NCBI GenBank assembly: GCA_963765765.1
Contig: CAVXYC010000015.1
Coordinates: forward strand, 608,001-672,000
DNA: 64,000 bases
From: an uncultured Chloroflexia bacterium
GTDB lineage: Bacteria; Chloroflexota; UBA6077; JACCZL01
Direction: 5' to 3'
Each line of letters starts with the position of its first letter. Positions within the stretch are counted from its first letter, which is position 1. This document shows, piece after piece, positions 20,964-30,809 of the stretch. Both the position numbers and the translations under genes were made by a program. Below the pieces are notes generated by a model that was not told where the DNA came from, made no database searches, and worked only from the letters and a program-made list of their open reading frames with translations.

Positions 20964-21500
20964 CTAGTCGTCCTTCCGAGGCCCTTGAGTCTCTCGGTTA
21001 CTCGCCCGCAGGCCGGCAATGCGAAAGACAAGCGGAATCGTCATAAATACGCTGATCTGACGCACCATATGGAGCGCGGCGACCACGCCCGCATCAGCCT
21101 GGAAGTCGAGTGCTGCCGCGGCCATCTCGGATGCACCGCCCGGCGAAAGCCCCAGCATTGCCGTGATCAAGCGCATCCCCGTGGCCTGCTCGAGGACCCA
21201 TCCGCCAAATAGGCCGGTGCACACGAGGAGGACTACGCCGATGGCCGCTAGGCGTACTGAGCGAACCATGAGCGCGATTGCCCCGCGATTGAACGCCGTG
21301 CCCACTACGGCACCAATGAGGCAGAGCGCGATGAAGCGCAATTCTGATCCGAGAGTGGCAAGCGGAAGCGCCTCGGTGAGCTGGAGTCCACCGACGACGA
21401 TCATAGGTCCCAGGATGCTGCCTGATGGCAGCTTGAGCTTCGTTGCTCCCCATGACGCGGCGAATCCGAGCACCAGCGTGAGAAGTAGGTTGGGGCTCAT
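20964..21500 (-). CDS. AbrB family membrane protein (single repeat)
   Basis: KLPSGSILGPM, SPGGASEM, VVAALHMVR. Confidence 0.85.
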   Translation of the reverse strand: MSPNLLLTLVLGFAASWGATKLKLPSGSILGPMIVVGGLQLTEALPLATLGSELRFIALCLIGAVVGTAFNRGAIALMVRSVRLAAIGVVLLVCTGLFGGWVLEQATGMRLITAMLGLSPGGASEMAAAALDFQADAGVVAALHMVRQISVFMTIPLVFRIAGLRASNRETQGPRKDD

Positions 21501-22009
21501 CCGCGGCTTAGCACGAAGACGACGGCGATCGGAACGACTACCAGGATCAGTACGAGCCGAAGCACATGAAGCGCGGCGACGATTCGCATGTCCGCGCCCA
21601 GGTCATGAGCCATGGACGTCATCTCACCCATGCCACCGGGCGTGAACGAGCAGATCGCGGTTGCTTTGTCCAGCTTGGCGATTTTCGCTGTGAGAAATGC
21701 GATTCCCACACTCGCTCCAAGCAGCAAAAAGGCGATCACGATCGTTGGCACGATTGCAGAGCCCAGCACCTCGAGTGTTTGTCGATTGAGCGACGAGCCG
21801 ATGGCCGTACCGAGCAAGGCTCGACCGGCAAAATTGACGTTGCGCGGGATCGCGGCCGAGCGGCCGGAGATGAGGCTTGTCGCGCCGACGGCGATCAGCG
21901 CGCCGACCATAGCTCCCGCCGGAATGCGATACCACACGGCCGCGAATCCGCCGGCCGCGGCGATCGGCGCGATGAGCCATAGCGGCAGCATGCGGGGATG
22001 CGGTCTCAT
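21497..22009 (-). CDS. AbrB family membrane protein (single repeat)
   Basis: RIPAGAMVGAL, TPGGMGEM, IVAALHVLR. Confidence 0.85.
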   Translation of the reverse strand: MRPHPRMLPLWLIAPIAAAGGFAAVWYRIPAGAMVGALIAVGATSLISGRSAAIPRNVNFAGRALLGTAIGSSLNRQTLEVLGSAIVPTIVIAFLLLGASVGIAFLTAKIAKLDKATAICSFTPGGMGEMTSMAHDLGADMRIVAALHVLRLVLILVVVPIAVVFVLSRG

Positions 22010-22136
22010 AGTGGCGCGGAGCGCTTTAAAGTGCGGCGAGGATTGCCGCTTTCTGCGCCTCCCAGACGCCGGATCGTGATATCGACATAGCGGCGATCCT
22101 CACGGCAGTCTAAAGCGCTCCGCGCCGACGGGAACG

Positions 22137-23003
22137 TCAGGAGAATCTCCGCTCGATCTCGACGTAGTCCTCAAAGCCGACGACGCGATTCCATTCTTCG
22201 AATGGCGCCATGAGGTCGCGATAGTTCCGCGTGTGACCATCACGACGCAGGCGCGCCAGGCTTGTCTGGACGGCCTTGACCACCGTGTAGCGCGCAATGC
22301 CCGCATACGCCGCCATGGCCAGGCCCATCTCGGTGAGCTCGTCGGCATTCAGGTCGCCTGCTTCGCCGCGCTCGTCCATCACAATCGCGAGCGGACCGTG
22401 AACACCCGCGGCGGCGGTGCGGATATCCGCGGCGCTTTTCGGGCCCACAATCATGGCGGCATCGGCCCCTGCCGCCAGGTACGAGTTCGCCCGACGGATT
22501 GCCTCATCCAGCCCCATCGTAGACATCGCGTCAGTTCGCGCGATGATGACGAAGTCAGGGTCTTTCCGTGCCCAGTCAGCCGCGTGTAGCTTGGCCACGA
22601 AGTCCGACTCAGAGACGACCGGAATGGGCATGTTGACCAATCCGCAGCGTTTGGGTGTGACCTGGTCCTCAATGTGGATGCCTGCAACGTCCGCCTGCTC
22701 GAATTCGCGGATGGTCCGGGTCACGTTGACCACGCTGCCGTACCCAGTATCGGCGTCCGCAATCACCGGAATGCTCACCGTTGCGGCGATGTTTCGCGCG
22801 GCCGTCACCACCTCCGTCAGCGTGGTGAGGCCGATGTCGGGGGCACCGAGCATAGATGCCGCCAGAGCGTTACCCGTGATGGAAATCGCCTCGAATCCGG
22901 CTTCGGCCGCCATTCGGGCGGTGAGGCCGTCATAGACACCGGGCACCTGGATCACGCGACCACGAGTGAGAAGCGCGCGCAGCTCGCGCGAGCGTGATGT
23001 CAT
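22137..23003 (-). CDS. Isocitrate lyase/PEP mutase family protein
   Basis: PGVYDGLTA, IADADTGYG, IEDQVTPKRCG, IIARTDA. Confidence 0.9.
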   Translation of the reverse strand: MTSRSRELRALLTRGRVIQVPGVYDGLTARMAAEAGFEAISITGNALAASMLGAPDIGLTTLTEVVTAARNIAATVSIPVIADADTGYGSVVNVTRTIREFEQADVAGIHIEDQVTPKRCGLVNMPIPVVSESDFVAKLHAADWARKDPDFVIIARTDAMSTMGLDEAIRRANSYLAAGADAAMIVGPKSAADIRTAAAGVHGPLAIVMDERGEAGDLNADELTEMGLAMAAYAGIARYTVVKAVQTSLARLRRDGHTRNYRDLMAPFEEWNRVVGFEDYVEIERRFS

Positions 23004-23219
23004 GAAGTCTTCTCCAGCCTGGGTTGACGCCGATTCTAGCAGGCTCACCGGCGGACTATTGTCGGGTTGGGGAAAGCCGCGCTAGCTACACGACTTGAAC
23101 CAGCGCGGGTGCCCCTACCACTGTCACGAAACGGGAGCGAATGGCCGGAACTATCGTCCACATTGCGATGGATACTCGTCACATTTCCATCACGAGGCCT
23201 TGCTATAGCTGGCCTCGCG

Positions 23220-23271
23220 TTGACATGTCTTCGCCCAGGTGCCTAGTATCCCGAATTCGGAACATCTGTTC
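23220..23271 (+). promoter_or_regulatory. Sigma70 promoter followed by a LexA (Cheo-type) SOS box
   Basis: TTGACA(23220)-18 bp-TAGTAT(23244); GAAC-ATCT-GTTC at 23260-23271, just before the RBS of the helicase. Confidence 0.8.
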
Positions 23272-23285
23272 GGGAGAGATCCGAC

Positions 23286-25571
23286 GTGAACGTGGCGCAG
23301 TTTGTCGATCGCTTCCTCAGATCATCGTCCGCCCGAGCCAACGTCACTTCCGTCCAGCACCTTGCGCCTCAGCCTGCGCAGTGGGCCGAGTTCCCTCCAG
23401 GAATCGACGCTCGCCTGACCGCGGCGCTTGCGCGCCGGGGCGTTCAGCGACTCTACACGCACCAGGCCGAGGCCATTGATCGGGCTATGGCTGGTGAAAA
23501 CGTCGTCACTGTCACTCCGACCGCTTCAGGCAAGACGCTTTGCTACAACGTGCCCGTCCTTCAATCGGTCCTTAATGATCACTCGTCGAGGGCACTCTAC
23601 CTCTTCCCTACTAAGGCGCTTGCTCAAGATCAATTGCGCGAGCTCTCGGGGTTGGTAGACACCTTGGACGTGGACATCAAGGCGTACACGTACGACGGTG
23701 ACACGCCGGCGGATGCGCGAAGGGCCGTGCGCGCGGCCGGCCACATTGTCGTGACGAATCCGGACATGCTCCACACGGGTATTCTCCCGCATCACACGCG
23801 CTGGGTACGGCTCTTCGAGAATCTGCGCTATATCGTCATCGACGAGCTTCATCAGTATCGTGGAGTGTTCGGGAGCCACCTGGCCAACGTACTGCGCAGA
23901 CTTCTCCGCATCTGCGAGTTCTATGGAGCGTCGCCAAAGTTCATTTGCAGCTCGGCGACGATCGCCAATCCCGATGAGCTGGCCGTCAGACTCACCGGAC
24001 AGCCCTTTCGACTCGTAAACAAAAATGGTGCTCCGACCTCCGAGAAATTCATCCTTTTCTATAACCCGCCGGTGGTGAATCAGCAGCTCGGAATACGGGC
24101 AGGCTCCTCGCAGACCTCGCGCCGACTCGCGGGCGAGCTTCTGGCGAACGACATTCAGACGATCGTGTTTGCGCGAAGCCGCCTGGGCGTGGAGATTCTC
24201 GTCAGCGAGCTAAAGCAGCTCGCCGCCTCACGCGGCACGTCGCCGGACGTTGTCCAGGGCTACCGCGCCGGTTATTTGCCAAATGAACGTCGCGCCATTG
24301 AGCGCGGCATCAAAGACGGGCAGATCCGTTCAATCGTGGCCACCAACGCGCTCGAGCTCGGCGTGGATATCGGCGGACTGGAGGCGGCCGTGCTGAACGG
24401 CTATCCGGGCAGTATCGCTAGCGCCTGGCAACAAATGGGGCGCGTGGGACGTCGAGAAGGCACATCGCTGGCGATCTATGTGGCGAGTTCATCGCCGCTG
24501 GACCAGTTTCTTGTTACACGCCCGGATTACTTTTTCTCGCAGTCACCCGAAGCCGCCCTGGTGCACCCAGACAACCTCGTGATCCTGGCAAACCACCTGC
24601 GCTGTGCGGCCTTCGAGCTGCCGTTCAACCAGAGCGAACGATTTGGCGAGAACGAATCCACCGAAGAGATTCTGGAATTTCTAGCCGAGGAGCAGGTGGT
24701 GCGTCACGCGGGCGGTCGGTGGTTCTGGATGTCCGAGCGATATCCCGCCGAGGGGCTTAGTTTGCGTAGCGCGGCGATCGATAACTTCGTCATCATCGAG
24801 TCCGGACCTCGCCCGCGAGTCATTGGTGAAATGGATCGCGCATCGGCGCCCATGTTGATCCACGAGGAGGCGATCTACATTCATCTGGGTCAGCAGTATC
24901 AGGTAGAGAAGCTGGACTGGGAAGAGAAGAAGGCGTTCGTCAAGGCCGTCAACGTGGACTACTACACGGATGCCGAGATGGCCGTTGATCTGAAAATTCT
25001 GGACATTTTTGCCGAGACCGAGGCTGAGTCGCCGAGAGCCGCTCACGGTGAGGTGAGCGTGACGGCCCAGGCAACGATCTTCAAGAAGCTCAAGTTCGAT
25101 ACGCATGAGAATATTGGCTGGGGAAAGATTCAGCTCCCGGAAGAAGAAATCCACACTTCGGCATTCTGGATGGCGATCCCGGCCAGAAGTGTCGCCGACA
25201 TGCCGCGAGCCGCATTGGAGAGTGGGCTCATGGGCATGGCAAACCTGCTGGTGAATCTTGCGCCGCTCTTTCTCATGTGCGACCCTCGCGATCTTCGGTC
25301 CGAGACAGAGATTCGTTCGCCTTTCACGGGAGAGCCGACGGTGTATCTCTACGAGCGCAATCCGGGTGGCGTCGGGCTCTCTGAGAAGCTCTTCTACACT
25401 CGTCGCCAGCTCATTCAGTCCGCGCAGGATCTGTTAACCGGTTGCGCGTGTCCAAATGGATGCCCGTCGTGTGTCGGCGCCCATCACCTCGTGGGCTTCG
25501 ACGGGAAACCGTCCACGCTGGAGCTATTCCGTCGAATGGGCGTTCAGAGTCAGCGGCACGCGATCGCATGA
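23286..25571 (+). CDS. mrfA: DEAH-box helicase with DUF1998 (MrfA/YprA/Hrq1 family)
   Basis: LYTHQAEA, TPTASGKT, DELH, ELGVDIG, QQMGRVGR, C-terminal CDPRD...CACPNGCPSC. Confidence 0.9.
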   Translation: MNVAQFVDRFLRSSSARANVTSVQHLAPQPAQWAEFPPGIDARLTAALARRGVQRLYTHQAEAIDRAMAGENVVTVTPTASGKTLCYNVPVLQSVLNDHSSRALYLFPTKALAQDQLRELSGLVDTLDVDIKAYTYDGDTPADARRAVRAAGHIVVTNPDMLHTGILPHHTRWVRLFENLRYIVIDELHQYRGVFGSHLANVLRRLLRICEFYGASPKFICSSATIANPDELAVRLTGQPFRLVNKNGAPTSEKFILFYNPPVVNQQLGIRAGSSQTSRRLAGELLANDIQTIVFARSRLGVEILVSELKQLAASRGTSPDVVQGYRAGYLPNERRAIERGIKDGQIRSIVATNALELGVDIGGLEAAVLNGYPGSIASAWQQMGRVGRREGTSLAIYVASSSPLDQFLVTRPDYFFSQSPEAALVHPDNLVILANHLRCAAFELPFNQSERFGENESTEEILEFLAEEQVVRHAGGRWFWMSERYPAEGLSLRSAAIDNFVIIESGPRPRVIGEMDRASAPMLIHEEAIYIHLGQQYQVEKLDWEEKKAFVKAVNVDYYTDAEMAVDLKILDIFAETEAESPRAAHGEVSVTAQATIFKKLKFDTHENIGWGKIQLPEEEIHTSAFWMAIPARSVADMPRAALESGLMGMANLLVNLAPLFLMCDPRDLRSETEIRSPFTGEPTVYLYERNPGGVGLSEKLFYTRRQLIQSAQDLLTGCACPNGCPSCVGAHHLVGFDGKPSTLELFRRMGVQSQRHAIA

Positions 25572-26837
25572 CCACCGCGACCGCGCCCCGCATTTCGGCT
25601 GACCGTCTCCGGACAGCCCTGGGTACGCGGGACCCTAAGCGGGCCCCTCAGCCTGCGCCTCGACGTCATGCCGCGTTGGAAGCGCTCTACCCGGGGCGCG
25701 AGATCGAGAACGAGTATGGACGGTGCTTCGTTGCCGAATGGACGTTTCCACTCGAGCACCCGCACGGCCGTCAACCGCTCGAGCAGGCATTGCTGCTGAA
25801 TGATCGCGGAGCGGCCTGTATTGGGCGGGCCCTGGGGTACAAGGCCCCTGAACGCCCCGCGTTCCTGGACACTGAAACCACTGGGCTTTCCGGTGGCACG
25901 GGAACGTACGCTTTTCTCGTGGGCATCGGGTCTATCGAGGGCGATGCCGCCATTGTTCGGCAGTACTTCATGCGCGACTACGACGAAGAGCCCGCTCTGC
26001 TGGAGGCGGTGTCACAGCAGCTCGCGCGGCATGATGCTGTCATCACCTACAACGGCAAGACCTTTGACCTTCCACTCATCGAGACCCGTTTCATCGCCTC
26101 CCGCCGATCCACTGACGTCATCCCGCCGTCGCATCTGGATTTGCTCTTTCCGACACGACGGCTTCTTCGAGGCTTTCTCGAGACATGCACGCTGGCCAAC
26201 GTCGAGCGATCGGTTCTACGTCATCATCGAGTGGGGGACCTGCCGGGTTGGATGATTCCGTCGTTGTACTTTCAGTTTGTTCGTGAAGGTGACCCACGTC
26301 TGATTGGTGGCGTGTTAGAGCACAACCGAGACGACATCTTGAGCCTTTTCGGGCTCACGGGCTGGCTCTGCCGCGTTTACCAGTCGCCCACCGAGAGCCG
26401 ATGCGACGCCCGACTTCTCACGCGAGTGTCCAGGACGTACGAATTGCTGGGCTGGCGAGATGAAGCCGTGCGTGTGCTCAGCTCACGCGGTCTCCGAAGC
26501 CTCGTCGGGAGATGGCCGTGCGGAGGCCGCGCTGGACCTGGCTCGGCTGCATCGGATGATGGGGGCCGGCGAGGACGCAGAGCCAATGTGGCACATCGCG
26601 GCGGAGCATCCCGCGCTGGGATTGGAAGCGTTGATCGCCTGGGCGAAGTATCTCGAGCACGAGCGGCGGGACTTCGATAAGGCACAAGGTGTGCTGGACC
26701 GAGCGCTCGTTCGGATTCAGCTCAGGTACGGTCCATCGCCAGATGCCGCGATCGACGCTCTCCGCCAGGCGCTCGAGTATCGACTTGCCCGAATCGTGCG
26801 TCGCCAAGGGCGCCGAGATCCGTCCGGCATGAAGTGA
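25568..26837 (+). CDS. mrfB: RNase H-like exonuclease with TPR region (MrfB/YprB family; frameshift ~26485)
   Basis: FLDTETTGLSGGTG, YNGKTFD, HLDLL, HNRDD; AKYLEHERRDF in the next frame; ATGA overlap with the helicase. Confidence 0.85.
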
Positions 26838-26912
26838 ATGCTTTGCGCTTTATGGGCGGTCGCACAAGCGCTGAATTGAAGCGATCACTCCACACGTAGC
26901 GAAACTTGACCT

Positions 26913-28013
26913 CTAAGACCGATCGGGCGCGGGCTCGTGGAAGATGGTTTGCCAAAGACTCGCGGTGAATCGAAGGACGATCATGCTTGCCAGAGCGGTA
27001 GATGCGGCGGATAGTCCGGTCCAGATCAGTTTCTTGCGGGCACCCGGATCTCGGGTTGTAGTCGGTCGCACCGGCACTAGAGCCGGTGCTGGTGCAGGTT
27101 GGGCAGTTTGCGGTTTCGTCCCCTGCTCCAGTTTTGTCTCCGTACTAATCGGAACGGCACCTGCACTCGGAACGATGCGACTCCCGCGCTGCCGTGCATA
27201 AACCTGGGTAAATTCCGCTCCAAAGAACAGAATCTGGGCCGAGTAGTAGACCCACACCAGAAACACAAGTAGCGAGCCCGCGGCCCCGTAGGTCGAACCG
27301 ACGCTTGCATGACCGAGATAGATGCCGATGAGCGTCTTGCCAATGACGAAGAGCAGCGCCGTTACGGCTGCACCCACCCACACGTCAGACCATCGCACCT
27401 CCACGTCCGGCAGCACCTTGTAAATAGCCGCGAACAGGAGTGTGATGATTGCGAACGACAACACCACATTGACGATCTGCCAGAAGGCGTTTGATCCCGG
27501 CAAGATGTCTCCAAGGAAGTTGCCCACGGCGGAGATCGTGGCGGTTAACGCTAAGGAGACGAGAAGAAGGAAACCGACCCCCAGTACCATCGTCAGGGGC
27601 ACGATTCGGCGCTTTACTGTTCCAACAATTCCGGACGGTGCTGGCTGCACCTCCCAGATGGTGTTGAGGGCATCCTGAAGCTGACCGAACACATTGCCCG
27701 CGCTCCAGATCAGTGTTGCGATCCCGATGATCGCCGAAATGCTGGAAGCACCCGGTTCGCGTGAATTGGCAATTGCGGACTGAAAGAAGCCCGCCGCTTC
27801 CGGCCCAAGTAGCCCTTCAAGCTGGTAGAAGATCGTGCCTCGTGCGGCCTCATCACCCAGAAAGATTCCTGCAATGCTGATGATGAGAAGCAGCAGTGGT
27901 GCGATGGAGAACGCCGTGTAATAGGCGAGGGCTGCAGCGAGGCGTGAAGCCTTGTCGCGCTGCCATTCGCTGAATGACTCCTTGAGGAGGCCGAGAGCGT
28001 TCAGGTGATCCAC
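26913..28013 (-). CDS. YihY/BrkB family membrane protein with C-terminal extension
   Basis: AAALAYYTAFSIAPLL, QDALNTIW, YKVLPD, TYGAAGS, WVYYSAQILFFGAEF. Confidence 0.9.
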   Translation of the reverse strand: MDHLNALGLLKESFSEWQRDKASRLAAALAYYTAFSIAPLLLLIISIAGIFLGDEAARGTIFYQLEGLLGPEAAGFFQSAIANSREPGASSISAIIGIATLIWSAGNVFGQLQDALNTIWEVQPAPSGIVGTVKRRIVPLTMVLGVGFLLLVSLALTATISAVGNFLGDILPGSNAFWQIVNVVLSFAIITLLFAAIYKVLPDVEVRWSDVWVGAAVTALLFVIGKTLIGIYLGHASVGSTYGAAGSLLVFLVWVYYSAQILFFGAEFTQVYARQRGSRIVPSAGAVPISTETKLEQGTKPQTAQPAPAPALVPVRPTTTRDPGARKKLIWTGLSAASTALASMIVLRFTASLWQTIFHEPAPDRS

Positions 28014-28124
28014 GACATCCACTCCTTCCGCGAGCACATGTAATCACACATCTAAATGCAGAATTCACACCATGCTGTGAGCCAATAGTCGGCATGCGCT
28101 TTGCAGCAGAGGTCGCACGGAGAG

Positions 28125-28922
28125 ATGGAAAACGAGCACGTTCGCATGGGGCAGCGAACAGAGCCAGCCTGGCTCGAGCTGCAATCAATTCGATGGGAGC
28201 CGGCAGGGCGCGCGCTGCTGAGCAACCTCGGTGATGGAGCGGGGCTCCATGCTGTGGACGTCGGCTGTGGGGACCTGGGCTGGTTACGTGTGTTGAGCGA
28301 GTGGGTGGGGCCGGATGGCTCAGTGACAGGTACCGACGTAGGTGACGATCTCATTGAGGCCGCGCAACGTCGGATCGAGCAAGAAGATCTTTCGAATGTC
28401 ACCGTGGTACGCGATGATTTGTTCGATTCTCGACTCCCAGCCAGGAGTTTTGATCTAGTTCACGCTCGATTCGCCGTCACTCCATTGGATCGCGTGAATC
28501 AGCAGCTCGAGTCGTATCTGAGACTCCTCCGGAGCAGTGGCCGGATTGTCCTGGAGGACAACGACATCGGCTCGTGGCATTTCAATCCGCCGGCGCCCGC
28601 CACGGAGCGTTTGATTCATCTCATAGCCGAGTCGTTTCTCGCAGCCGGTGAGAGTTTCAACGATGGCCGGCGGCAGCCCCAACGGCTTCGTGAGCTGGGA
28701 TTGGAGCCACACGTCTCGGCACAGGTACTGGCGCTGGCACCCGCGGATCGGTATTTGCGCCTCCCCATCCACTTCACATTCACGCTCGAGGATCGGCTTT
28801 TGAAGCTGGTTACAACTGACGAGCTGGAAACTCTGAGGCAGCAGGCAGAAGGGGAGATCGCCTCACCGGGTCGATGGGGCACCACGTTCACAGTGATTCA
28901 GAGCTGGGCGGTAGTGCCCTGA
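28125..28922 (+). CDS. Class I SAM-dependent methyltransferase
   Basis: VDVGCG, VGPDGSVTGTD, SFDLVHARF. Confidence 0.85.
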   Translation: MENEHVRMGQRTEPAWLELQSIRWEPAGRALLSNLGDGAGLHAVDVGCGDLGWLRVLSEWVGPDGSVTGTDVGDDLIEAAQRRIEQEDLSNVTVVRDDLFDSRLPARSFDLVHARFAVTPLDRVNQQLESYLRLLRSSGRIVLEDNDIGSWHFNPPAPATERLIHLIAESFLAAGESFNDGRRQPQRLRELGLEPHVSAQVLALAPADRYLRLPIHFTFTLEDRLLKLVTTDELETLRQQAEGEIASPGRWGTTFTVIQSWAVVP

Positions 28923-29004
28923 GCTCTCGCAACCGCGATAGTGGGATGCTCACCGCTAGGCTGAATCATGGAGCGACACGTTCGAGCGTGCCACCCCATG
29001 AGAC

Positions 29005-29166
29005 TTATTTCTTTTTGGTCTCGCCAGCCTCGCGTCGTTCTTTGTTGACGGTGCGAGCCGCACGCTCTTCAGCTTCATCTTTGGAGACCCCGCGCTCTTC
29101 GTAGGAGTCTTTAATGTGCTCGTACTGACGGTCGCGTTTGCTACCTTCTCTCACTCCGCGTGGCAT
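29005..29166 (-). CDS. 53-aa small hydrophilic protein (family often labelled plasmid stabilization protein)
   Basis: MPRGVREGSKRDRQYEHIKDSYEERGVSKDEAEERAARTVNKERREAGETKKK; strong RBS agggagg; below the ORF-track cutoff. Confidence 0.85.
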   Translation of the reverse strand: MPRGVREGSKRDRQYEHIKDSYEERGVSKDEAEERAARTVNKERREAGETKKK

Positions 29167-29309
29167 GGTTTACCTCCCTTTCGCTGCAATGTTGCAGATA
29201 TTGGACCGTCCGAATCCCAACATTAGTGAGGCATGGAGGTGGCGCGGGCTCGGCGGTGCCAATCGCGGTCGCTTGGTGTCCGGTGGCAACGCTGAAATCG
29301 TCGGTTAAG

Positions 29310-29525
29310 GCACGCTACATTTGGAAATCCGGCCGCATTGTAGCGTGGCCGAGATCAACTATTTGGTCTCTAGACCCGAGAATGACAGTGGAACTGGGTG
29401 GCCGGTACCGCGGGAGCGTAGCGAGTATCGAAGAACGCCAGCCTTCGGGACCACGGCCATCCAGCGGCCCGGCCCCGGAGGGCCGCCTCCGACCAGAGCT
29501 GCCAACACAGGAAGGTCCCTAGACG
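29310..29525. ncRNA. Candidate structured non-coding RNA, identity unknown
   Basis: Several stems: cacgctaca/tgtagcgtg, gagatcaa/ttggtctc, ctgggtggccg/cggccatccag, cggccc/gggccg; no credible ORF. Confidence 0.3.
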
Positions 29526-29557
29526 GCGTCACTTTGTCTATCGCAGACGAGCGACGA

Positions 29558-30210
29558 TTAGTGCGCTTCGCTCAGTGCCCCAAGGCCCGCCTGGCAGGCG
29601 AGGTGGTCCTGCTCCGTGGTGGGGCTGCCGGCCACTCCGATGGCAGCGACGATCTCGCCTAGCTCCACCAGCGGTATAGCTCCCTGCTCGATGAGCAGGC
29701 GAGCGGGAACCACTTCCTCGTCCGCCGGAGGCTCCTGGTCGGCTTTGAGCTGGTTAGTGCCCAGGCGGAAGACCAGCGAGGTGTAAGCTTTGCGATCGGC
29801 CCGCGCAGCGGCGGAGCGTTCGGTGCCCGGCATGGCCATGGATGCCACAGACTTTCCGCCGCGATCCAGCACCACAGCCGCAACCGTAAGGCCGATTCGC
29901 TCAGCGTATGCCTGCACTCCATCCAGCATGCGCTTGGCGGATTCCACCGCGAACCTCTGCTCGGCCTTGTTCTCCGTGAAGAAGTCTGCATTGATCTGAA
30001 TATATTGCTGCCACTGCGCTGGCACCTCGGAGTCTAGAAAGACGGCATCCACGGGGCACACCAGCACGCACTGCTCGCACTCAATGCACACGTCCGGATC
30101 GATGTAATTCTGGGGGAGTCCGGTGTCGTGTGGATGCACGCCGCCGGGCAAACGTCCACGCAGGCGCCATTCTTTTCGTCGATGCACGGCTCCACGATGA
30201 CATAGGTCAT
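29558..30210 (-). CDS. Ferredoxin (FdxA-type) fused to a GlcG/HbpS-like domain (frameshift ~30115)
   Basis: MTYVIVEPCIDEKNGACVDVCPAACIH / YIDPDVCIECEQCVLVCPVDAV...INADFF, then VAAVVLDRGG...ADRKAYTS...GAIPLV...AAIGVAGS...QDH. Confidence 0.85.
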
Positions 30211-30809
30211 GGCGTTGGCTCCAGCGCATCTGGCTCCAGCGGCAGCTCAGTCACGATCACCTCCGCGGCGTGCACGCATGGTCGCAGCCGAGGGCTCTCC
30301 AGTCGCCCCTCGGAGTTCATCGTGCCGAGGCCGGCAATCGCCGCCAGGCGCTCGGCATCCATCGTTTTGGATCTGTTGGCTCGATAGCCCATCTCGCGTA
30401 TGTACGCCGCCAGGTTGAAAGTGGCAAACAGGCCCTTTACCGTAGGTGCCTGGCCACCGCTTCCGGGCGCTGTGCGGGTATCGTGGTCGGCCTGGAGCAA
30501 TGAGACGATGCCGAAGAAAGGGCCTGCGGCACCCGGGGCGTCCTCAAACGGGCTCGCCGCTAGCTGAACGATACCCACCTCGTTGATGCCGAGATAGTGT
30601 CCCAGCTCCTTGACATGGCTGGCCATCACGTTGGCTGAGTGGACCTCAGTACGCGTGGGATGCACCGAACCCTCTTCCGCGTCCGCCATCGCTAACGTCA
30701 CCACGTTCCGCGCGTCGGCGGGCGGCCGGTTGATGAACGCGTCCCAATACGGGTCCTCGGGCTCAGTGTGCCGAATCCTGAACGGACCGATCCGCATGGC
30801 AGCCCCCAT
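30207..30809 (-). CDS. Reductive-dehalogenase-like cobalamin-binding domain protein lacking Fe-S motifs
   Basis: MASHVKELGHYLGINEVGI, LAAYIREMGYRA, LAAIAGLG, VIVTELPLEPD parallel the upstream gene; ends before the CxxCxxC motifs. Confidence 0.7.
   Translation of the reverse strand: MGAAMRIGPFRIRHTEPEDPYWDAFINRPPADARNVVTLAMADAEEGSVHPTRTEVHSANVMASHVKELGHYLGINEVGIVQLAASPFEDAPGAAGPFFGIVSLLQADHDTRTAPGSGGQAPTVKGLFATFNLAAYIREMGYRANRSKTMDAERLAAIAGLGTMNSEGRLESPRLRPCVHAAEVIVTELPLEPDALEPTP

Noticed and set aside
29390-29420. T-box-like or ZTP-riboswitch-like string aactgggtggccggtaccgcgggagcg
   Set aside because: A 4-nt insertion breaks the T-box consensus, the ZTP 3' pseudoknot element is absent, and no suitable gene lies downstream on that strand.
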